NCBI GenBank assembly: GCA_024763455.1 | Contig: JANTFL010000002.1 | Span: forward strand, 4,869-68,868 | Length of the DNA: 64,000 nt | Source: Sediminispirochaeta sp. | GTDB lineage: Bacteria > Spirochaetota > Spirochaetia > B11-G9 | Reading direction: 5' to 3' | Shown: positions 44,960 through 52,090 of the stretch, one piece after another | Position numbering within the stretch: position 1 is the stretch's first letter | Layout: every line of letters begins with the position of its first letter | Notes under the pieces: model-generated | Seen by the model: the letters and a program-made list of their open reading frames with translations, nothing else | The model's database searches: none | What the model was told of the DNA's origin: nothing | Program-made: the position numbers and the translations under genes

Positions 44960-46708
44960 CGAAGACTGCTCTTTCTTAATCCTGAAGTGTCCCATGGTTC
45001 CGGTTCTCTTTACATGTGGACCGCCGCAAACCTCTTTTGAGAATTCACCAATGGAATAGACTTTTACCTTTTCATCATACTTATCACCAAAAAAAGCAAG
45101 GGCTCCAGCTTTTTTAGCGTCTTCCAGAGCCATTACCTCCATTGTTACAGGAAGATCTGCCTCAATCTGCTTATTTACCAAATCCTCAACTTCTTTGATT
45201 TGTTCGGGGGTCATCTTTTCCGGATGCGTAAAGTCAAACCTCAGCCTGTCTACAGTGATATTACTCCCTTTCTGCTGAACATGATCTCCAAGAACAGTCC
45301 GCAGAGCCTTATGAAGGAGATGGGTAGCTGTATGAAGAGCGGTGGTCGCCTCAGAGTGGTCTGCAAGCCCCCCTTTGAAAGTTTTGTCCGCTCCCTGTTT
45401 GGACAACTCCTGATGTTTGGCAAAGGCTTTTTCAAAACCCGCTTTATCCATACCAAGCCCACTCTCTGCTGCTAGCTCCTCGGTAAGTTCATAGGGGAAT
45501 CCGTAGGTATCGTAGAGTTTGAAGGCAATCCTTCCGGGGATTACCGGGTTTTTGCTCTTAAGCAGGTTAGGAAGCATCTTTGAAAACTCTTTCTCACCCT
45601 TTTTTAAAGTCTGCGAAAAACGTTCTTCTTCCATATCCAGCTCTGAAAGAATAAACTCACGGTTTTTCTGAAGCTCAGGATACACTCCCTTGTACTGGGC
45701 AACAACAATCTCTGCAAGATACTTGAGGAAAAACCCCTCAATACCCAGTTTCCTGCCATGTCTCACCGCTCGTCTGATAAGCCTTCTTAAGATATACCCC
45801 TGCCCGAGGTTTGAAGGTTTTAAACCCTGTTCATCTCCAAGTATAAAAACAGAGGTTCTTACATGATCGGTTATAATCCTTATGGAAGCATCCTGAGTAT
45901 CATCAGCCCCATAATGGGTTCCTGATAATTTCTCAATTCCTTTTATCAGCTCAGCAAAGTACTCCGTATCATACACAGAACTTTTCCCCTGGAGCATGGC
46001 AGCAGTTCGTTCGATTCCCATACCGGTATCGACATTCTTGCGCTTCAGGGGGATATAACTTCCATCCTCTTTCTTTTCGTACTCCATAAATACATCATTC
46101 CAAATCTCAAAGTATTTTCCACAGGAGCATCCAGGACGGCAGTCCCGGCCGCAGGGCTCTTTCCCGGTGTCAATAAACATTTCGGTATCAGGACCGCAGG
46201 GTCCGGTTTTCCCGGCAGGTCCCCACCAGTTATCTTCCCGGGGAAGAAAGTATATTCTATCATCAGGAATCCCTACCGAACGCCAGATTTCTGCAGACTC
46301 ATTGTCGGCTGGAACTGAATCGTCTCCTTTAAAGACCGTAACCGATAACTGTTCCGGAGCAAACCCAAGCCATTCACTGGAGGTTAAAAATTCATAACTC
46401 ATGGTAATGGCTTCCTTTTTGAAGTAATCTCCAAGGGACCAGTTTCCAAGCATCTCAAAAAATGTAAGATGACTGGAATCACCCACCGCATCGATATCGC
46501 CTGTACGGATACACTTCTGGAAGTTAACCAGTCTCTTTCCGGCAGGATGGTCCTCGCCAAGCAGATACGGTACCAGCGGGTGCATTCCAGCTGTGGTAAA
46601 GAGTACCGTCGGATCGTTTTCAGGAATCAGGGATTTACCGCTGATCTGTTTGTGATTCTTTCCTGTAAAGAATTCTATATATTTGCTTCTCAGTTCATCT
46701 ATTTTCAT
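44915..46708 (-). CDS. alaS: Alanine--tRNA ligase, short form (catalytic + editing domains, no C-Ala domain)
   Basis: MKIDELRSKYIEFFTGKNHKQISGKSLIP, FTTAGM, FEMLGNWSLGDYFK, editing HTATHLLH ... CGGPHV, and GVRRIRAV 9 aa before the stop. Confidence 0.95.
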   Translation of the reverse strand: MKIDELRSKYIEFFTGKNHKQISGKSLIPENDPTVLFTTAGMHPLVPYLLGEDHPAGKRLVNFQKCIRTGDIDAVGDSSHLTFFEMLGNWSLGDYFKKEAITMSYEFLTSSEWLGFAPEQLSVTVFKGDDSVPADNESAEIWRSVGIPDDRIYFLPREDNWWGPAGKTGPCGPDTEMFIDTGKEPCGRDCRPGCSCGKYFEIWNDVFMEYEKKEDGSYIPLKRKNVDTGMGIERTAAMLQGKSSVYDTEYFAELIKGIEKLSGTHYGADDTQDASIRIITDHVRTSVFILGDEQGLKPSNLGQGYILRRLIRRAVRHGRKLGIEGFFLKYLAEIVVAQYKGVYPELQKNREFILSELDMEEERFSQTLKKGEKEFSKMLPNLLKSKNPVIPGRIAFKLYDTYGFPYELTEELAAESGLGMDKAGFEKAFAKHQELSKQGADKTFKGGLADHSEATTALHTATHLLHKALRTVLGDHVQQKGSNITVDRLRFDFTHPEKMTPEQIKEVEDLVNKQIEADLPVTMEVMALEDAKKAGALAFFGDKYDEKVKVYSIGEFSKEVCGGPHVKRTGTMGHFRIKKEQSSSAGVRRIRAVLEHS

Positions 46709-46714
46709 GAGCGC

Positions 46715-46743
46715 ATTATACTTTGACCTGCAGCCAATTTCAA
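46715..46743 (-). promoter_or_regulatory. Putative sigma-70 promoter, leaderless-type (alaS)
   Basis: On the minus strand: TTGAAA (46743-46738), 17-nt spacer, TATAAT (46720-46715), then GCGCTC and ATG at 46708. No SD. Confidence 0.55.
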
Positions 46744-46847
46744 GGGGAACCGGAAATACTTACCCAATAGGGTTATCGTTCTCTTGTATCTTCAGCAATA
46801 TAGTGGTACAACAAACAAAACTTTAGTAATACTTAAGGAGGTTAAGT

Positions 46848-47423
46848 TTGGCTTATAATGTAAAACTTGGAGAAAGGGTAAAACTCACCAGAGAGAAGTT
46901 CAGCATATCCGTAGAAGAACTGTCAGAACGATCAGGAATAGACGCGGCAATGATCAAGAGGATGGAGGACGGAGACCTTGCTCCCTACCTGAATCCCCTC
47001 ATTAAAATAGCAAGAGCTCTTGGTGTAAGACTCGGGACATTTCTGGATGATAAAGAGCAGATTGGACCTGTTATTACTACAAAACAGGATATGGCTCAGG
47101 TTGAAAGATTCAGGGGAGTCGACTCCGAAAATGACAGGAACAGGACATTCTTTTCCCTTGCACTGAACAAAACATCCAGACACATGGAGCCCTTTATTGT
47201 TGAGTTATCAACCTCCAGTGCAGGAAATGGCAAACTTTCGGCCCACGAGGGAGAGGAATTTATCTATGTCCTTGAGGGGAAGGTGAAGATTCTCTACGGT
47301 GATGATAGCTTTACCCTGGGAACCGGAGAAAGTATCTACTATGATTCGGTTATTGAACATGATGTCCTCGCTGCAGGTGACGCCCCCGCAAAAATTATCG
47401 CTGTTGTTCACGAACCCGCATAG
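46848..47423 (+). CDS. XRE-family HTH + cupin-domain transcriptional regulator
   Basis: N-terminal HTH_3 ([36 protein letters not shown]). C-terminal cupin ([14 protein letters not shown]...YYDSVIEH). TTG start 6 nt after AAGGAGG. Confidence 0.85.
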   Translation: MAYNVKLGERVKLTREKFSISVEELSERSGIDAAMIKRMEDGDLAPYLNPLIKIARALGVRLGTFLDDKEQIGPVITTKQDMAQVERFRGVDSENDRNRTFFSLALNKTSRHMEPFIVELSTSSAGNGKLSAHEGEEFIYVLEGKVKILYGDDSFTLGTGESIYYDSVIEHDVLAAGDAPAKIIAVVHEPA

Positions 47424-47440
47424 CACACAAAGGAGATAAG

Positions 47441-49078
47441 ATGAAACTGTTTGAAACCACCCTGGGACAGCTCCTTGAGGAAAAGACGGCAGAATTCCCC
47501 GAAAAGGATTTCATGGTATACTCAGACCGCAGCCTCCGGTTTACTTATTCAGAGTTTAATGGACGGGTTGATAAGATGGCAAAGGGACTTATGGCGCTGG
47601 GAGTAAAAAAGAACTCCCATGTAGGTATCTGGGCCTCAAACGTACCTGAATGGCTGACAATAATGTTTGCGACGGCAAAGATAGGGGCAATTCTGGTAAC
47701 AATCAATACCGAATACCGACTCCATGAACTGAAATACCTGGTAAAACATGCAGATCTCGATACTCTCTGTATAATAGACAGCTACAAGGACATCGATTAT
47801 GTGCAGATTGTAAACGAGCTCATCCCGGAACTGAAAACAAGCCAGCGGGGGAACCTTACATCAAAAGAGTTTCCCTACCTGCGTAACGTTATATTTATCG
47901 GCCCTGAAAAACACCGGGGTATGTACAACACAGAAGAATGTCTTCTTATGGGAAGCTACATTGATGGTAAAGAGCTGAGAAAATCATTTGACAGCTGCAG
48001 TGCCCATGAAGTAATAAACATGCAGTATACTTCGGGAACAACCGGATTCCCCAAGGGAGTTATGCTGACTCATCACAACATTCTGAATAACGGATATTAC
48101 ATAGGTGAATGTCAGGATTTTACCGATAGGGATATCCTCGCCCTTGCTCCGCCGCTGTTTCACTGTTTTGGTACCGTTCTTGGGGTGCTCGCCATCCTTA
48201 CCCATGGAGGGACATTGGTCATGATCGAAAAATTCGATCCCCTGATTACCATGGCATCGGTACAGAAGGAGAAGTGTACGGCCCTGTACGGAGTTCCGAC
48301 GATGTTCATCGCAGAGCTGAATCATCCCATGTTTGACATGTTTGACTTCAGCAGTCTGAGAACAGGAATCATGGCAGGTTCCCCCTGTCCCATGGAAACC
48401 ATGAAACAGGTTGTTGAAAAGATGAATATGAGTGAAGTTACCATTGCATACGGACTTACCGAAGCCTCGCCGGTTATGACTCAAACCAGGACCAACGACC
48501 CTCTCGAAAAGAGGGTATCTACGGTAGGACAGGAACTTCCGGGAATCGAAGTGGCTGTATTTGATCCGGAAACCGGAATAGAATGCGGGGTAGAAGAACA
48601 GGGAGAGCTCTGCTGCCGGGGATACAATGTAATGAAAGGATACTACAAGATGCCCGACGAGACAGCTGCCTGTATTGACAAAGAGGGTTGGCTTCATTCC
48701 GGAGATCTTGGTGTCAAGGATGCAGACGGTTACTTCAGGGTAACAGGAAGGATTAAAGACATGATCATCCGCGGGGGGGAGAACATCTACCCCAGGGAGA
48801 TTGAAGAGTTCCTTTACTCAATGCCAGAGATACTGGATGTGCAGGTAGCAGGTGTGCCAGATGAAAAATTCGGTGAACTGGTAGGAGCGTTTATTAAACT
48901 TCAGGCGAATGCTGCCATTACCGAAGAAGATGTAAAAGATTTCTGCCGGGGGAAGATTGCACGGCACAAAATCCCTTCTTATGTGTTCTTTGTTGACTCA
49001 TACCCTCTGACTGCCAGCGGGAAGATTCAGAAGTACAAACTGGGTGAAATAGCATTAAAATTATTGGGGAGGAACTAA
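47441..49078 (+). CDS. AMP-dependent acyl-CoA synthetase/ligase
   Basis: AMP-binding motif [16 protein letters not shown], followed by GYGLTE-like [14 protein letters not shown] and [16 protein letters not shown]. Confidence 0.92.
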   Translation: MKLFETTLGQLLEEKTAEFPEKDFMVYSDRSLRFTYSEFNGRVDKMAKGLMALGVKKNSHVGIWASNVPEWLTIMFATAKIGAILVTINTEYRLHELKYLVKHADLDTLCIIDSYKDIDYVQIVNELIPELKTSQRGNLTSKEFPYLRNVIFIGPEKHRGMYNTEECLLMGSYIDGKELRKSFDSCSAHEVINMQYTSGTTGFPKGVMLTHHNILNNGYYIGECQDFTDRDILALAPPLFHCFGTVLGVLAILTHGGTLVMIEKFDPLITMASVQKEKCTALYGVPTMFIAELNHPMFDMFDFSSLRTGIMAGSPCPMETMKQVVEKMNMSEVTIAYGLTEASPVMTQTRTNDPLEKRVSTVGQELPGIEVAVFDPETGIECGVEEQGELCCRGYNVMKGYYKMPDETAACIDKEGWLHSGDLGVKDADGYFRVTGRIKDMIIRGGENIYPREIEEFLYSMPEILDVQVAGVPDEKFGELVGAFIKLQANAAITEEDVKDFCRGKIARHKIPSYVFFVDSYPLTASGKIQKYKLGEIALKLLGRN

Positions 49079-49557
49079 AAATCTTCCAGATCGGGATGTA
49101 CACCATTAGAGAAATCAGAAAAGAAATAAACATACATCCCGGTTTTCTTCACCCTGATCTCCGCATGTCCCTTTTGAACCAGCTTTTCCAGAGCGTTTTT
49201 CGCCTCATCGAGGTCAACGCCTCCCTCCAGGGCTACAGCCGATGGAGTTACGACACCGTTATTCTTTTTTGCTGTTTTGAGAATAACCGACTCTATGGTT
49301 TCTTTTTTCCCCCGAAACCCGGAATATTCAGGTACTTCATCATCCCAGACGGCATTACGGTACCCAAGCCGTAGATTCGCCTCCCTGACCTGCAGGGAAA
49401 GGGTGACCAAATCATACAGAGATCCAATGCCTGCCAACCCTCCGGTAAACATGTAAAGCAGCCCTGTCCCGAACTTCCCAAGATAAAACCGGTGAAACCC
49501 AAGGGCTCCAAATCCCGATACCAGCCAAAGCAGGTATGCTACTCCTGTTGAATACAA
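49075..49557 (-). CDS. TM2-domain membrane protein with soluble C-terminal (winged-helix-like?) domain
   Basis: [45 protein letters not shown] is the TM2 pattern. TTG start 9 nt after GGGGAG, 15 nt after the fliG-paralogue stop. Confidence 0.72.
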   Translation of the reverse strand: MYSTGVAYLLWLVSGFGALGFHRFYLGKFGTGLLYMFTGGLAGIGSLYDLVTLSLQVREANLRLGYRNAVWDDEVPEYSGFRGKKETIESVILKTAKKNNGVVTPSAVALEGGVDLDEAKNALEKLVQKGHAEIRVKKTGMYVYFFSDFSNGVHPDLEDF

Positions 49558-49572
49558 AATAATAACTCCCCT

Positions 49573-50682
49573 TTAAATATACTCATCTTTTCTTCCCGTG
49601 AACAGGATAGATCCTCGTAATTCCAGTTCCCGTAGATAATCCAGAAAATCTTTCATAGTTTTATCCACTTCAGAACGCAGCATGGGGCCTAGTGCATCCT
49701 CCTCCATGGTTATGAACTCGATTCTCCTTGAGGAAAGATTCCCAAAAATCTTTTCTCTGAACTTTTCGTTCTGTCCTTTTAAAAGTACAGCAATCTCTTT
49801 ATCACTGTAATCCCTGAGCACCTTTTGAAGGTCCTTATCCCTGAGCTCCAGTACCGAATCTACCGTAAAAAGTTTTTCTTTAACCTCTTTGGAGATATCC
49901 TCGTTCACATCAGCAAGTTCGGAAAGGATCCTCCCCTCATCGGAAAGATTCATATTCTTAAGAATAGCTGCGAGTACACTGCTGCCGTCTATCTCCTCAG
50001 TAACCACCTTTCCCTGGGTTCTGACCCTTTCAATAAGGGTGGTCTCAATTGCCCTTACAGCTTCCGGCGCCACTCTTCTCATTCCTGACATTCTCAGTAC
50101 GATTTGTTTTTGTACATCAGGATGCAAGGCTTCAAGAATAACTGAAGCTTTAAGCGGATCCAGGTATGAAAATATTATAGCCAGCACCGCAGCGGATTCT
50201 TTCCTTAAAATCATGATAAGCTGATCGTTCTCCAGATCCTCCAGAAAGGCAAAAGGTTTTTCCCCTCCGAAAGGGAGTACCTTATTAAAAACTTCCAGCC
50301 CCTTATCCTCTCCAAGGGCATAACAGACCAGTTCTCTCGCTGCTTCAACGCCTCCGTTTGTGATATGAGGTGTTTTCGGCTTAAGATAACCGAACTCCTC
50401 AAGGATCTTTACTGATTCATCTTTTGGGATTCTTTTGATCGTTGCAATTTCTCTGGTTATTGCGTTTATTTCATCTTCAGAAAAGTGTTTTAGGACCTCC
50501 GCAGCTTCCTTTTTCCCCAGCAGCAGGAGGAATTTCGCCGCTTTACGGTATCCTACATCTTTCTTTTCAGCAACTTCAGCAGATTTCTTGATAAACCCCT
50601 GCTCCTGCTCCTTTTCTTTATCTTCTTTGGGCGAAAGAGAGGCAAACTTATACGCTTTTACCGCCCTTGCATGTCTATCCAT
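49573..50682 (-). CDS. fliG: FliG-family flagellar motor switch paralogue (FliG1-like) with Lys/Glu-rich N-terminal extension
   Basis: FliG_N (RKAAKFLLLLGKKEAAEVLKHFSEDEINAITREIA). Middle domain (AIIFSYLDPLKASVILEALHPDVQKQIV). C domain (LRDKDLQKVLRDYSDKEIAVLLKG...LSSRRIEFITMEEDALGP). I use ATG 50682 (MDRHAR...), because the track start at 50862 would overlap the divergent MFS gene by 95 nt. Confidence 0.85.
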   Translation of the reverse strand: MDRHARAVKAYKFASLSPKEDKEKEQEQGFIKKSAEVAEKKDVGYRKAAKFLLLLGKKEAAEVLKHFSEDEINAITREIATIKRIPKDESVKILEEFGYLKPKTPHITNGGVEAARELVCYALGEDKGLEVFNKVLPFGGEKPFAFLEDLENDQLIMILRKESAAVLAIIFSYLDPLKASVILEALHPDVQKQIVLRMSGMRRVAPEAVRAIETTLIERVRTQGKVVTEEIDGSSVLAAILKNMNLSDEGRILSELADVNEDISKEVKEKLFTVDSVLELRDKDLQKVLRDYSDKEIAVLLKGQNEKFREKIFGNLSSRRIEFITMEEDALGPMLRSEVDKTMKDFLDYLRELELRGSILFTGRKDEYI

Positions 50683-50688
50683 GGTTAT

Positions 50689-50718
50689 ATAATACTCCAG
50701 GAACCTTACCGGGGTCAA
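50689..50718 (-). promoter_or_regulatory. Putative sigma-70 promoter, leaderless-type (fliG paralogue)
   Basis: On the minus strand: TTGACC (50718-50713), 18-nt spacer, TATTAT (50694-50689), then ATAACC and ATG at 50682. Confidence 0.45.
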
Positions 50719-50730
50719 TCTTAATACATC

Positions 50731-50759
50731 TTGACACCAATCTTTCCTTCCAGCACAAT
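50731..50759 (+). promoter_or_regulatory. Putative sigma-70 promoter, leaderless-type (MFS transporter)
   Basis: TTGACA 50731-50736, 17-nt spacer, CACAAT 50754-50759. ATG 50768 lies 8 nt downstream with no SD. Confidence 0.4.
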
Positions 50760-50767
50760 GGTGTTCA

Positions 50768-52000
50768 ATGCCGAAGGATGAACACTTTACAAGAAACACA
50801 GCCGCAATCTCTGCCGTGGAACTGTTCTGGGGCATGGGCCTGCCGGTTGTCATTGAATCCACATTCCTTCAGCTGTTTTTAAAAAACCTTGGAGCAAGCA
50901 GTTTTCTGATAGGGCTGATTCCCACCCTGTTTTTTATTGGTATTTCCTTTTTCTCCCTCTTCTCCGGAATTCTTACAGGGCATTTAAAAAAGAAAAAAAA
51001 AGCTGTTCTGACTCTGCATCTTATAGCCTCCATGCCGATGCTTGTTTTCGGCATATTCCTGAATTTTTTTGGATTCGGTGATGATACCTTAAAGCTCTTC
51101 TTCATACTCTACGCCCTGTTCTCCGTCGGTATAGGACTGCTGCTTCCGGCATGGCAGAACTACATAACCGGAATCTATACAGAAAAAGAGATCCTCTCGG
51201 GACATTCGTTTATGTGGATTGCCCAAAGTGCAGGGAAATTTATAGGGGGTTTTATCATACTCAAAGTAGTAACCGCATACTCTTTTTCCTATCAGGGGTC
51301 TGCACTGATATTTACCATGGTGGGTATCCTTTTTATAGCAGGCAGTTTGTTTTTCTTCTTCACAAAAGAACTGCCCCAAAAGGAAGAATATCCCACTGCA
51401 AAACACAAATTCAAAGAGGATCTGAAAAGTGCCCTTCATAACCGGAATTTTCTTCTGCTTCTGGCCAGTGATCTGGAACTTTTTGCTCTGATTACCATAC
51501 TCTCCTTTTATGCAAACTATGCTGTGACCCACTGTGGTATAGAAGCCGGTACAGCAGCAGGCGGATTTGTTATTCTCAACTATCTTGGGATGATTGCAAT
51601 AAATGTACTCTACGGAAAGAGTCCGTCGATAAAACTTAAACACAAGTACATGGCAGGCAAGTTCATATCCCTTACCGCAGCACTTCTCCTGTGGTTCTTC
51701 TCGGGAAAAGGGATATTTTTTGCCGTAAGTTTTTTAATGGGAATGTCCAGGGGTGCCAGAAGCCTGGTCTATATGCCAACTATAAAAAAGATATCCGGAG
51801 CAGAAGATGCTACCAATTTTTTTGGTATTGCTCCGTTGCTTACCATGCCTTTGAGTACCGGGATCCCCCTGCTCTCGGGAGCTTTTCTGGACAGGTTTTC
51901 CTCCCTTGGGGCAGTTTCCTACAGATATCTTTTTCTTGCCCTTGGCGTGCTTATTACAGCCGGGATTCTGCTGCTTAAAAAGACAGAGTTCCCCGGCTGA
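50768..52000 (+). CDS. MFS-type transporter (about 12 TM)
   Basis: 410 aa of hydrophobic helices with a central charged loop (KELPQKEEYPTAKHKFKEDLK). Substrate unknown. Confidence 0.78.
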   Translation: MPKDEHFTRNTAAISAVELFWGMGLPVVIESTFLQLFLKNLGASSFLIGLIPTLFFIGISFFSLFSGILTGHLKKKKKAVLTLHLIASMPMLVFGIFLNFFGFGDDTLKLFFILYALFSVGIGLLLPAWQNYITGIYTEKEILSGHSFMWIAQSAGKFIGGFIILKVVTAYSFSYQGSALIFTMVGILFIAGSLFFFFTKELPQKEEYPTAKHKFKEDLKSALHNRNFLLLLASDLELFALITILSFYANYAVTHCGIEAGTAAGGFVILNYLGMIAINVLYGKSPSIKLKHKYMAGKFISLTAALLLWFFSGKGIFFAVSFLMGMSRGARSLVYMPTIKKISGAEDATNFFGIAPLLTMPLSTGIPLLSGAFLDRFSSLGAVSYRYLFLALGVLITAGILLLKKTEFPG

Positions 52001-52090
52001 CCGGACGAATTATACAAGAAGATAACGACAACTTTTATCTATTGACTTTCGAGTGCTTTTCCCCTACGTTTTGTGTACAGGGGGACATTA

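Noticed and set aside
50683-50862. 60-aa N-terminal extension of the FliG ORF in the track (start 50862).
   Set aside because: The extension overlaps the divergent MFS gene by 95 nt and has no FliG-like sequence. A good -35/-10 pair sits directly upstream of the internal ATG 50682.
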